Assembly: GCA_902475025.1 (NCBI GenBank)
Contig: CABRXX010000001.1
Location: forward strand, 32,454-96,453
Length of the DNA stretch: 64,000 bases
DNA from: an uncultured Lachnospiraceae bacterium
GTDB lineage: Bacteria; Bacillota; Clostridia; Lachnospirales; Lachnospiraceae
Direction: 5' to 3'
Part shown: positions 17,526 to 26,654 of the stretch, one piece after another
Layout: each line of letters starts with the position of its first letter
Numbering within the stretch: position 1 is the stretch's first letter
Translations under genes and position numbers: made by a program
Notes under the pieces: generated by a model
Told to the model about the DNA's origin: nothing
What the model saw: only the letters and a program-made list of their open reading frames with translations
The model's database searches: none

Positions 17526-17709
17526 CCGCAAAATAGAAATGAAGAGTTTGGGGGGATGCTGCAAAATACCTCCGGCGGTACCCTTTCGGGTGATTTTTCT
17601 CCGAAAAATAACATCTTTTCGGAGAAAAACACACCGAAAATCCACCGGGATTCGTATTTTGCAGCATCCCCATAGAAATCTTTCTGCTCTATTTTGCGGT
17701 GTTTTTTTT
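17526..17709 (+). terminator. terminator whose two stem arms are separated by a repeat-A copy
   Basis: ccgcaaaataga (17526-17537) pairs with tctattttgcgg (17688-17699), followed by a T-run (17700-17709). Repeat A (17551-17671) lies between the arms. Confidence 0.45.
17551..17671 (-). repeat. palindromic repeat family A, copy 1 (MITE-like, ~120 bp)
   Basis: GGGGGATGCTGCAAAATAC...ctccgaaaa ataacatc ttttcggag...GTATTTTGCAGCATCCCC. Terminal inverted repeats of about 18 nt. Inverted relative to the copies at 42196 and 57161. Confidence 0.85.
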
Positions 17710-17760
17710 GCGTGAAAATTGGGGGAAATTTCTGGCAGCTTATGGCTATACCGCGGTGTG

Positions 17761-20226
17761 CTATTGCAGCTGCAGCTGTTCGATCTGCCGATATTCGTCA
17801 GTCATATCAAAAGAGGTAACAATGCCAAGGCCCGGTCGAACCAGATAGAGTGTATTATGAATATACAGTCCTCTGGTAGTGGTATCTGCATAGGGATCGT
17901 ACCATGTGCCAGGCTCAATATATTCCAGCGTCATCAGCTCATCGTTGGGGGCATCCTGGCCGTTGTTGTCTGCATTGGCGGTATCTGTAGTGTCAGTATC
18001 TGGCAGACTGGGATCCTGGCTGTCAGGCGTCGCTTCTCCAGATGTGTCTGAGGAATCTTCGCTGGAAGTATTCTCCATCAGGTCATTGTAGAAATCGTAA
18101 ATAAATTCTCTCTGGAATCCTTTTTCCTCATCATAGGAAAATACCAAATAGCGGTTATCACAGGAAAAACCGAAAATATTCTTCTCTGGATCAATGAGAA
18201 TGGACTTGTAGTCATTTAAGGAGTCACACCAGGTAATTCCATTGATTACCAGTTTATCCACCTCGGTCACGTTGGCCGGATCGGAGATGTCAAACATGGA
18301 AAGCTTCAGTCCAGTGGTGGTACCAGTATTTTCATCTGCTTCATAGCCAAGGCCGAGAAGAAGATCCTCGCTGTAGAAGTGCAGGTAGGAGGAAAAACCA
18401 CTGACTTTCAGATTCCCAAGAACCTTTGGAGCAGCAGGATCCGACAGATCTACGGAGAAGAGAGGATCTGTCTGACGGAACGTGACAAAGTATCCTGTAT
18501 CTCCCATAAACCTTGCGGAGCGCACGGTCTCACCGGGAGCCAGATCCTTGATCGCGCCGACAAGTTTCAGGTTGGGATCCAGAATGTAGAGCCCATTGCT
18601 TTCATTGTAATCCTCATCGTAGCTGGTGGTGACCATCCTGAGATAGCCATTGTACTCATTCAGGGAGAAGGAGTCATTCACGTAGCCTTCCACAGAACCT
18701 GCAGCAATGCCAGTGATGATGCCGTCCTCATAGTGGAGTTTTAAAATTTCAGTCTGTGTGGTGGCGCTGTCCCAATTTTCATTGGCAATGTAAATATTTT
18801 CCTGGCTGGCATAGAAGGCGGAGCCAACGGAGACTACAGCCTTGTGATCTACAATCTGGTCTGGTTCCTGAATGTTCACGGAGGCAGCTACCAGATAGCT
18901 GGAGTGGTTTAAATGCTCCGGCAGATAGATGGAGGAGGCATCCAGCTCACCCTTACTGGTGACAGGAGTCAGATGGCTTTCCTCGTAGGTTTCCATGACA
19001 GCAGGCGAAAAATGGGTAAACAGGTAAATATAATTTCCGTTTTTGCGGGATTGCTGGTAACCGCCATCCTGGGTTACACTGCCCAAAAGCTTGGGCTCGT
19101 TTTTAACGGAAATATCATAGGTGTATAGGTGGGTTTTGCTTCCGGATTTGGCAGAGATCACGTCTTCATTGGAATTTTCCATCTCTGTATAATAGCCGGA
19201 GGTAATCACGGACAGACGGTCATTGTCCAGATACATTTCCTGTACGGTTTCTTCCGGGGAGAAAGTAAGGTGGGACACAATCTCCATGGAACCGTCTTTT
19301 GCAGACAGGATTTCCAGAGATCCGCTGCGCCTTAAAATATAAATATATTCGCCGTCTGTTTTTACAATATCCCCTTCATCCACCCCTGCTTCCTGGAGAT
19401 TGGTGGTGGAGTAGTCCGGGGCGTTGGAGGAACCGGCTGCAAGTTGGGGGGTAGCCTCCGTGTCAGCTGCGATTTCCAGGGTATTGACGCCAAATCCGGT
19501 ATCATACAGTGTTTCTTCCCGCAGCAAAGACTGCTGGCCGAAGGTTTCTTTTAAGGCTTCATACACTGTTTCGTAGCTTTCTACCGGTTTTAAAGAGGCA
19601 GTCATGGGGATGGGATTTTCGGTCTCTGCTTCTGCTTTCGCAGGATCTGCAGTTCGGGTTTCCTTATTTGCCCTGGAATCAGGTACAACGCTTGTATTGT
19701 CATCTGTCTGATTGTTTTTCAGGCTGTATTCCTCCTGGGTGTCATCAGAAGCGGCTGCGTGTTCTTTGATATTTTCCTCCCCTGTATGATCCGGAGCGGA
19801 AGCATCTGTGTCTGTTCTTTCGGCGGCAGACTGCGCAGGGCTGTCAGAGACTTCACCAACTTCAGAGATCAGTTCCTGATCCAGAAGCAGGAGATCCTCA
19901 GGGGTGTCCTGATTTCCCGAGGGTTCATTGGCAAACTGTGTCTGGGAAGTCAGCTCCCGGGTGGCACTCAAGTGTCCGGCCTGCCAAGATACTGCGATAA
20001 CGACGGCAAAAGCGGCGGCCAGTCCTCCTAAGCGGTAGACAGAGATCCTTTTTTTACGGGCAGGCTGTTTGTCCGGAGACTGAGCAGTCTGTTGGGAAGC
20101 CGGATCTTTCGTCTGTGTTTTCAGCATGGTTTCTATGGCTTCCGGGCTTAGGGAATCCGGAGGGGTAATCTGGTGTGCAGTTTCTTTTAACTGTTCCAGG
20201 AGATCTTTTTCATTCATATTATTCAT
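17761..20226 (-). CDS. single-pass membrane protein with extracytoplasmic beta-propeller domain, sigma-factor-coupled (putative anti-sigma/sensor)
   Basis: 821 aa: cytoplasmic N-terminus, TM segment YRLGGLAAAFAVVIAV, a long acidic/low-complexity spacer, then a large domain resembling the 'Beta_propel' family of secreted Firmicutes/archaeal proteins. Starts 8 nt after the sigma gene stop. Confidence 0.65.
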   Translation of the reverse strand: MNNMNEKDLLEQLKETAHQITPPDSLSPEAIETMLKTQTKDPASQQTAQSPDKQPARKKRISVYRLGGLAAAFAVVIAVSWQAGHLSATRELTSQTQFANEPSGNQDTPEDLLLLDQELISEVGEVSDSPAQSAAERTDTDASAPDHTGEENIKEHAAASDDTQEEYSLKNNQTDDNTSVVPDSRANKETRTADPAKAEAETENPIPMTASLKPVESYETVYEALKETFGQQSLLREETLYDTGFGVNTLEIAADTEATPQLAAGSSNAPDYSTTNLQEAGVDEGDIVKTDGEYIYILRRSGSLEILSAKDGSMEIVSHLTFSPEETVQEMYLDNDRLSVITSGYYTEMENSNEDVISAKSGSKTHLYTYDISVKNEPKLLGSVTQDGGYQQSRKNGNYIYLFTHFSPAVMETYEESHLTPVTSKGELDASSIYLPEHLNHSSYLVAASVNIQEPDQIVDHKAVVSVGSAFYASQENIYIANENWDSATTQTEILKLHYEDGIITGIAAGSVEGYVNDSFSLNEYNGYLRMVTTSYDEDYNESNGLYILDPNLKLVGAIKDLAPGETVRSARFMGDTGYFVTFRQTDPLFSVDLSDPAAPKVLGNLKVSGFSSYLHFYSEDLLLGLGYEADENTGTTTGLKLSMFDISDPANVTEVDKLVINGITWCDSLNDYKSILIDPEKNIFGFSCDNRYLVFSYDEEKGFQREFIYDFYNDLMENTSSEDSSDTSGEATPDSQDPSLPDTDTTDTANADNNGQDAPNDELMTLEYIEPGTWYDPYADTTTRGLYIHNTLYLVRPGLGIVTSFDMTDEYRQIEQLQLQ

Positions 20227-20234
20227 CCTTTCTA

Positions 20235-20738
20235 TTAGTCAGCCAATTTTTCCTGCATTTTTTTCAGGGCTCTGCTCTGTTTAGACCGGACGGTATTTTC
20301 ATTTAAGTTCAAAAGCTGTCCGATTTCACTGCTGGTATACCCGGCAAAGAGATTGAGGGATAAAATCATTCTGGCTTCATCATCCAGAGCCCAGAAGGCT
20401 TCCTGGACATCCAGCTTCCGGTTCAGATCCGGGGAGACTGCCTCCAAATCCTCAGGAAGCTCTGCCGTCTTGTCCAGATAGGATTTTAGTCTCTGTTTGC
20501 ATTTGTTCGTGAGAATCTTAAACATCCAGGATTTAAAAGCCTCCGGTTTTTTCAAAGAGCGGATCTGCCGAAAAGCGTCTGTCACCGTGTCGCTGACCGC
20601 ATCCTCCGCATCCGGCGTATTTTTTAATGTATAAAGGGCAAACCGGTACAAATCCTGATAAATCATTTCGTACAGCCGGGCAAAAGCGTGGGCATCTCCA
20701 AGCCTTGCCTGGTTTACCAGATCTGTGCTGTATTCCAT
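20235..20738 (-). CDS. ECF-type sigma-70 family RNA polymerase sigma factor
   Basis: 167 aa with region 2 (FARLYEMIYQDLYRFALY) and region 4 (EIGQLLNLNENTVRSKQSRALKKM). Confidence 0.85.
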   Translation of the reverse strand: MEYSTDLVNQARLGDAHAFARLYEMIYQDLYRFALYTLKNTPDAEDAVSDTVTDAFRQIRSLKKPEAFKSWMFKILTNKCKQRLKSYLDKTAELPEDLEAVSPDLNRKLDVQEAFWALDDEARMILSLNLFAGYTSSEIGQLLNLNENTVRSKQSRALKKMQEKLAD

Positions 20739-21049
20739 ATAATATCCTCCTGCATTTCTAAAGCGCGCTGCTTCAACAAAAATTTTTGTTTCATTAATAG
20801 AGTGTCAAAAAACAAGGGAATTGTTGCATTCATTTTAAATTTTTCTCAGGGATTCTATCAGTATACAAAATACCATATAAAGTGCAAGATGATTTTGCAT
20901 GAATGGATATAAAACTCATTATAGCTTCAAAATAGAAGAAATGGAATAACTACAATGAGAGTAAAATAGCAGGGAAAAGAATTGTGAAACAGCCAATGCC
21001 ATTTGTTCGTGCTGAACTGCTACATATACAAGATTATCCAGAAATATAA

Positions 21050-21078
21050 TTGACAAAAAGAGAATTATTTTATACAAT
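21050..21078 (+). promoter_or_regulatory. sigma-A-type promoter upstream of the second Rpn-like gene
   Basis: TTGACA, 17 nt spacer, TACAAT. Confidence 0.4.
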
Positions 21079-21299
21079 ATAAAATAAAATGGAAGGGTAT
21101 AGATTTTGAGAAAAAGGTGAATGTGGGTTAAGGAGGAGACGCTTATACAAATCTGGCAGTCTCATGTACGTTATTCCTATAGCCTTTATTTAAGAAGGGA
21201 ACTTGTGTCTTGTATCGAGAGAGGAATGATGGTAAGATGGGCTGAAAGCAAAGGTTTGTGAGAGAGGCTTCTCTGGCGAGAGTGCAGGAGGAGATAAGG

Positions 21300-22145
21300 G
21301 TGACAAAAGGGAAAATAGTTTTAGGAAACAATCTGGAAATTAGATATGCAAAATATAAGGGGATTTTAAAAAATCTTACAATTATGAGTGATATATTTAT
21401 GCGCAATGTTTTAAAAGAAAAGATATGCACAGAATATGTCCTGCAGGTAATATTGCAAAAGAAGGATCTGAAGATCACGGATCAAATAATACAGAAGGAT
21501 TATAAAAATTTACAGGGACGTTCAGCCATTTTAGATTGTGTGGCAAGAGATTTGGAGGGCAAGCAGTTTAATATTGAGATACAGCAGGATAAGGAAGGCG
21601 CAGCACCAAAAAGAGCAAGGTATCACAGCGCATTACTGGATATGGATATCTTAAATCCAGGGCAGGAATTTAAAGAACTTCCAGAAAGCTATGTGATATT
21701 TATCACTAGGGAAGATGTTTTGGGGCATGGATTTACGATTTATCATGTAAATAGAACTATTGAAGAGACAGGACAGATTTTCGAGGATGAAGCTCATATC
21801 ATATATGTAAATTCTGCAGTACAGGAGGACACGGAACTGGGAGACCTGCTCCATGACCTGCATTGCAAAAATGCAGATGAAATGTACAGTGAAATTTTGG
21901 CGAGCCGGGTGCGCCAGTTGAAGGAGACAGAGAAGGGAGTTGATTTTATGTGTCAGGAAATGGAGCGGATCTATGAAGAAGGCACAGAGTATGGGATAGA
22001 AATAGGGGAGAGGAGAAAGGCGCAGGAGACGGTATTTTCTTTGGCGGAAATGGGATTTTCCATAGAGCAGATTGCCCAAGCAGTTAAGATTAATCGGAAA
22101 ATCGTGGAGGATTGGTTGGAAGAATCAGTGAGCACATTGAAATAA
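21300..22145 (+). CDS. Rpn-family recombination-promoting nuclease / PD-(D/E)XK putative transposase (second paralog)
   Basis: LKNLTIMSDIFMRNV..., ILDCVARD..(n)..FNIEIQ, ..YVIFIT.. pattern. GTG at 21300 sits 8 nt after AGGAGG; the alternative GTG at 21258 is possible. Confidence 0.7.
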   Translation: MTKGKIVLGNNLEIRYAKYKGILKNLTIMSDIFMRNVLKEKICTEYVLQVILQKKDLKITDQIIQKDYKNLQGRSAILDCVARDLEGKQFNIEIQQDKEGAAPKRARYHSALLDMDILNPGQEFKELPESYVIFITREDVLGHGFTIYHVNRTIEETGQIFEDEAHIIYVNSAVQEDTELGDLLHDLHCKNADEMYSEILASRVRQLKETEKGVDFMCQEMERIYEEGTEYGIEIGERRKAQETVFSLAEMGFSIEQIAQAVKINRKIVEDWLEESVSTLK

Positions 22146-22292
22146 GAAGAACCGTCTGTTCGTTTATGTGATCCGTATGTACGGAAAGGAAGAGGGTTGT
22201 TGAAGCGACCATATTCAGCAGAGAAGTTTGCATGGGGATTTTTCTTAAAAAAAATGATGGAGTAAAAGTGGAAAATTTTGATCAAAAATTAT

Positions 22293-22338
22293 CGTCGCCC
22301 TATTCAGAAAAAGTTACCTTTTTCTGAATAGGGCGACG
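22293..22338. terminator. perfect 21-bp-stem hairpin between convergent genes (terminator-like)
   Basis: cgtcgccctattcagaaaaag ttac ctttttctgaatagggcgacg. A T-run follows on the minus strand (ataattttt). Confidence 0.6.
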
Positions 22339-22456
22339 GTGCTGTTGTCAAACTGTATTACTGTAAACGGAACGGTTAAATGTTATTAAATATTAAAATC
22401 ATAGAAAAGCTGTTTTAATCTGCTGGCTGTGGGCCAATAGGCACAGGGGTTGAGAT

Positions 22457-24115
22457 CTACTCCATTTTTAGGCCCAGTTTATCTGCTTCGATCTGGGAGG
22501 CCACCAGGCTTTCGCCGCAGTACATTTTGCGCAGCTTGGGCTTTTCAATCTTGCCGGTGGGATTTCTGGGAATGTTGGCAAAGATGATTTTTCTGGGACG
22601 CTTGTAGCGGGGAAGCTGCCGACAGAAATCCTGAATATCCTCCTCTGTGCAGAAACATCCCTCTTTAAATTCAATGATGGCCAAGGTGATCTCACCCAGA
22701 CGCTTGTCGGGAAGGCCGATGACCGCAGCGTCCTTGATAGCAGAATGGGAGCGGAGAAAATCTTCGATCTGAACCGGGTAAATATTCTCGCCGCCGGAGA
22801 TGATCACATCCTTCTTGCGGTCTACCAGGTAGATAAAGCCGTCTGCGTCCTGCTCTGCCATATCGCCAGTATAGAGCCAGCCGTCTTTTAAAACTTCATC
22901 CGTTGCCTTTTGATCCCGGTAGTAGCAGGTCATAACGCCAGGGCCCTTGACGCAAAGCTCGCCTACCTGCCCCTGTTTTACCGGGATACCAGTCTCGTTT
23001 ACGATCTGAGTTTGCCAGCCGTATCCGGGAATGCCAATAGCGCCCACTTTGTGAATATTTTCTACGCCCAGATGTACGCAGCCTGGACCAATGGATTCAC
23101 TGAGCCCATAGTTGGTATCGTACTGGTGGTTAGGAAACACCGCCTTCCAGCGTTCAATGAGGCTTGGGGGCACGGGCTGGGCGCCAATGTGCATCAGACG
23201 CCACTGAGACAGTTCATAGTCAGCAGGATTCAGTTTACCGCTGTCAATATTGTCCAGAATGTCCTGGGCCCAGGGAACCAGCAGCCATACAATAGTACAT
23301 TTTTCCTTGGAAACGGCATCGAAAATGAATTCCGGCTTTGTTCCCTTTAACAGAACCGCTTTTCCTCCCACCAGGAAGGAACCGAACCAGTGCATCTTGG
23401 CTCCGGTGTGATACAAGGGAGGAATGCAGAGGAACACGTCCTGATGGGTCTGGCTGTGGTGGTTTTGTTCTACCTTGGCAGCGTGCATCAGACTGGTATG
23501 GTTGTGAAGGATGGCCTTTGGGAAGCCTGTGGTGCCGGAGGAGAAATAAATTACAGCATCGTCCTCATCATCAATGGGAATGCAGGGGGAGGTGCTGGGA
23601 TAATCAATGGTCAAGCTATTGTAATCCTCTGCAAAGGAGGGACAGTTGGCGCCCACATAGAATAGCAGCCGGTTTTTAATGATGGAATCTGCAATATCCT
23701 CAATACGGCCGATAAATTCCGGGCCGAATACCAGAACATCCACCTGGGCCAGATCGGCGCAGTACTGGATCTCTTCGGCAGTGTAGCGGAAGTTAAAGGG
23801 AACAGCCAATGCTCCGGTTTTTAAGACGCCAAAATAAATGGGCAGCCATTCCAGACAGTTCATCAGCAGGATGCCCACTTTATCTCCTTTTTTTACCCCT
23901 CTGGCCAGAAGCATATTGGCAAAGCGGTTGGCTTTTTCGTTAAATACATTCCAGGTGATCTCCCTGCGATAGTAGGAGGGAGAACTGGATTCAATGAGTT
24001 CGTACTCCTTCCAGGTGATCCGGCGATTTTCTTTCATTTCCGGATTGATCTCCACTAAACAAGTTTCATTCCCGTAGAGCAGGCAGTTTCGCTCCAATAT
24101 GTCAGTAATCGGCAT
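22457..24115 (-). CDS. AMP-dependent acyl-CoA synthetase/ligase
   Basis: 552 aa. SSGTTGFPK AMP-binding motif, ..YGLSE.., ..GDMAEQDADGFIYLVDRKKD.. Confidence 0.85.
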   Translation of the reverse strand: MPITDILERNCLLYGNETCLVEINPEMKENRRITWKEYELIESSSPSYYRREITWNVFNEKANRFANMLLARGVKKGDKVGILLMNCLEWLPIYFGVLKTGALAVPFNFRYTAEEIQYCADLAQVDVLVFGPEFIGRIEDIADSIIKNRLLFYVGANCPSFAEDYNSLTIDYPSTSPCIPIDDEDDAVIYFSSGTTGFPKAILHNHTSLMHAAKVEQNHHSQTHQDVFLCIPPLYHTGAKMHWFGSFLVGGKAVLLKGTKPEFIFDAVSKEKCTIVWLLVPWAQDILDNIDSGKLNPADYELSQWRLMHIGAQPVPPSLIERWKAVFPNHQYDTNYGLSESIGPGCVHLGVENIHKVGAIGIPGYGWQTQIVNETGIPVKQGQVGELCVKGPGVMTCYYRDQKATDEVLKDGWLYTGDMAEQDADGFIYLVDRKKDVIISGGENIYPVQIEDFLRSHSAIKDAAVIGLPDKRLGEITLAIIEFKEGCFCTEEDIQDFCRQLPRYKRPRKIIFANIPRNPTGKIEKPKLRKMYCGESLVASQIEADKLGLKME

Positions 24116-24620
24116 GACGTTTCCCCTTACTTATTATTAAAAAATTATTAAGAAAGATAGGTGTGTCTAGTACAACGAATAGAAAGGAACGTATGATTCG
24201 TTGTGTTAGTGTAAAGCAAAAAATTTAATGCTTTTTCTCTTTCTAGTGTTAAAGTGAATTATAGCCCATTTACGGGGGGATGTCAAGATAAACACAGGCA
24301 GGTACGCTCCCAAATTTGGCGCAGATATGTTCCAGAGTATGGCTGCAAAGTCTGGGCTCGATTCTGTTACAAAATTTGAGAGTACAGCAGGCTGCAAAGA
24401 ATATCTCAGAAGATCAGTCAGGAATACCGTGTAAAAAGCAGAAAAAATTTAATTGTTTAATTGCTTAAAGTACAAAAGTGTGCTAAAATAATATTAGTTT
24501 GCTGCCATTCATAAGAAAAACAGTGTTGACAAAATAGTGGTATGACAGAGGAATGGGAATGATAAGGATTTGCAGAATTGTTTTACCGGATACAGAACCG
24601 GTAGGAGGAAGGGGTGTCTT

Positions 24621-24920
24621 ATGTCAAAAGCAATGGAGCAGAATTATTGTGCAGAAATGTACGAAAGTATTCTGAAACTGGAAAATGTGGAGCAGTGCAG
24701 GAGATTTTTCCTGGATCTGTGCAGTCCGGCGGAGCTGGCGGCCATGGAGCAGCGCTATATGGTAGCCAAGATGCTGTATGAAGGAAAGGTGTATACGGAG
24801 ATTGGCAGTGAAATTCACGCCAGCAGCGCCACCATCAGCCGGGTAAAGCGGATGCTTACCAGCGGGGAGGATGGCCTGAGAGAGATTTTTGATAAAGAGA
24901 GAAAGGAGAACGGAGTATGA
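24621..24920 (+). CDS. TrpR-related YerC/YecD family DNA-binding protein
   Basis: 99 aa. FFLDLCSPAELAAMEQRYMVAKML..G..Y.EI......SSATISRVKR is typical of YerC/YecD. Its stop overlaps the iorA start. Confidence 0.75.
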   Translation: MSKAMEQNYCAEMYESILKLENVEQCRRFFLDLCSPAELAAMEQRYMVAKMLYEGKVYTEIGSEIHASSATISRVKRMLTSGEDGLREIFDKERKENGV

Positions 24921-26644
24921 AACAGCTGATGTTGGGAAATGCGGCCGTGGCCAGAGGACTTTACGAGGCAGGCTGCAGTGTGGTTTCCAGTTATCCGGGC
25001 ACACCCAGCACGGAGATTACAGAGGAGATCGCAAAATATGAAGAGGTGTACTGCGAGTGGGCGCCCAATGAAAAAGTGGCTATGGAAGTGGCTTTTGGCG
25101 CAGCGCTTGCGGGAAAGAGAAGTTTTTGCGGAATGAAGCATGTGGGGCTGAACGTGGCGGCAGATCCGCTGTTTACCATTTCTTACATAGGAGTGAACGG
25201 AGGAATGGTGATCGGAGTAGCAGATGATGCAGGGATGCATTCTTCTCAGAATGAGCAGGATTCCCGTCATTATGCCAAGGCTTCCAAGGTGCCTATGCTG
25301 GAGCCCGCGGATTCGTCGGAGGCTCTGGAGTACACCAAGCTGGCGTTTGAACTGTCTGAACAATTTGATACTCCGGTATTTATTAAAATGTGCACCAGGA
25401 TCTCCCATTCTCAGAGTATTGTGGAGACAGGAGAGCGGAGCTTGCCTCCGGTGCGGCCCTATGAAAAAAACATAGGAAAAAATGTGATGATGCCGGCCAA
25501 TGCAAGGAAAAAACATCCCATTGTGGAGCAGCGGATGAGAGATCTGGCAGAGTATGCGGAGACTTCACCTTTAAATAGGGTGGAACTGAATGGAACCAAG
25601 CTTGGCATCATTACGTCCTCCACCTCTTATCAGTATGTGAAAGAGGTTTACGGGGAGGAAGTGAGCATTCTGAAGTTGGGAATGGTATGGCCGCTTCCGG
25701 AAAAGTTGATTCGTTCCTTTGCAGAGAGGATGGAGAAGGTGCTGGTGGTGGAAGAGCTGGATCCCTTTATTGAGGAGTTTTGCTGCAATCTGGGTCTGGA
25801 AGTATCTGGAAAGGATCTGCTGCCTCTGGAGGGAGAGTTCTCTCAGAATTTTCTGGCCAAGCGTCTGGGAAGGAGGGCGCCGGAAGGACTTGAGCTGGAA
25901 GAAGCTATGCCGGTGCGGCCTCCTGTGATGTGCGCAGGATGTCCTCACAGAGGTTTGTTTTATACACTGGCAAAAAATAAATGTGTGGTGCTGGGAGATA
26001 TCGGCTGTTACACTCTGGGAGCGGCAGCGCCCCTGAATGCCATGGAGATGAACGCCTGCATGGGAGCCTCCATCAGCTCCATCCATGGATTTAACAAGGC
26101 TTTGGGAGAGGAGAGTGAGAAACGCACGGTGGCAGTGATCGGCGATTCCACCTTTATGCATTCCGGCATGACGGGATTGGCCAATGTGGCTTACAACCAG
26201 AGCAATTCCACGATTATTATTGCAGACAATTCGATTACCGGAATGACGGGACATCAGCAGAATCCCACCACCGGATACAATATCAAGGGAGATCCGGCGG
26301 GAAAGATTGATCTTGAGGCGCTGTGCAAGGCTATGGGATTCCATCGTGTGCGGGTGGTAGATCCCTATGATCTGGCCCAGATGGATCAGGTACTGAAGGA
26401 GGAACTGGAAGCGCCGGAGCCTTCTGTGATTATCAGCCGCCGTCCCTGCGCTTTATTAAAGTATGTGAAAGCGAAACCGGCTCTGAAGGCGGATCCGGAA
26501 AAATGCCGGGGCTGCAAGAAATGCATGAAGCTGGGCTGTCCGGCCATCAGTATGAAAAATAAAAAGGCTGCCATTGATCCCACCCTCTGTGTAGGCTGCG
26601 GAGTCTGTCAGCAGCTCTGTGCATTTGACGCACTGGAAGCGTAA
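24917..26644 (+). CDS. iorA: indolepyruvate:ferredoxin oxidoreductase alpha subunit
   Basis: 575 aa. TPP-binding GDIGCYTLG...GDSTFMHSG and a C-terminal 2x[4Fe-4S] CRGCKKC..CP / CVGCGVCQQLC. Confidence 0.85.
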   Translation: MKQLMLGNAAVARGLYEAGCSVVSSYPGTPSTEITEEIAKYEEVYCEWAPNEKVAMEVAFGAALAGKRSFCGMKHVGLNVAADPLFTISYIGVNGGMVIGVADDAGMHSSQNEQDSRHYAKASKVPMLEPADSSEALEYTKLAFELSEQFDTPVFIKMCTRISHSQSIVETGERSLPPVRPYEKNIGKNVMMPANARKKHPIVEQRMRDLAEYAETSPLNRVELNGTKLGIITSSTSYQYVKEVYGEEVSILKLGMVWPLPEKLIRSFAERMEKVLVVEELDPFIEEFCCNLGLEVSGKDLLPLEGEFSQNFLAKRLGRRAPEGLELEEAMPVRPPVMCAGCPHRGLFYTLAKNKCVVLGDIGCYTLGAAAPLNAMEMNACMGASISSIHGFNKALGEESEKRTVAVIGDSTFMHSGMTGLANVAYNQSNSTIIIADNSITGMTGHQQNPTTGYNIKGDPAGKIDLEALCKAMGFHRVRVVDPYDLAQMDQVLKEELEAPEPSVIISRRPCALLKYVKAKPALKADPEKCRGCKKCMKLGCPAISMKNKKAAIDPTLCVGCGVCQQLCAFDALEA

Positions 26645-26654
26645 GGGGGATAGG

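Noticed and set aside
17493-17675. Small ORFs sharing GMLQNTSGGTL / RKSAGI.ILQHPLF peptides (also 41987..42358 minus strand, 56999..57241 minus strand, 57204..57806 plus strand, 42166..42405 plus strand).
   Set aside because: They are read-throughs of the palindromic repeat-A copies in different frames and orientations. They lack RBSs and their similarity comes from the DNA repeat, not from a protein family.
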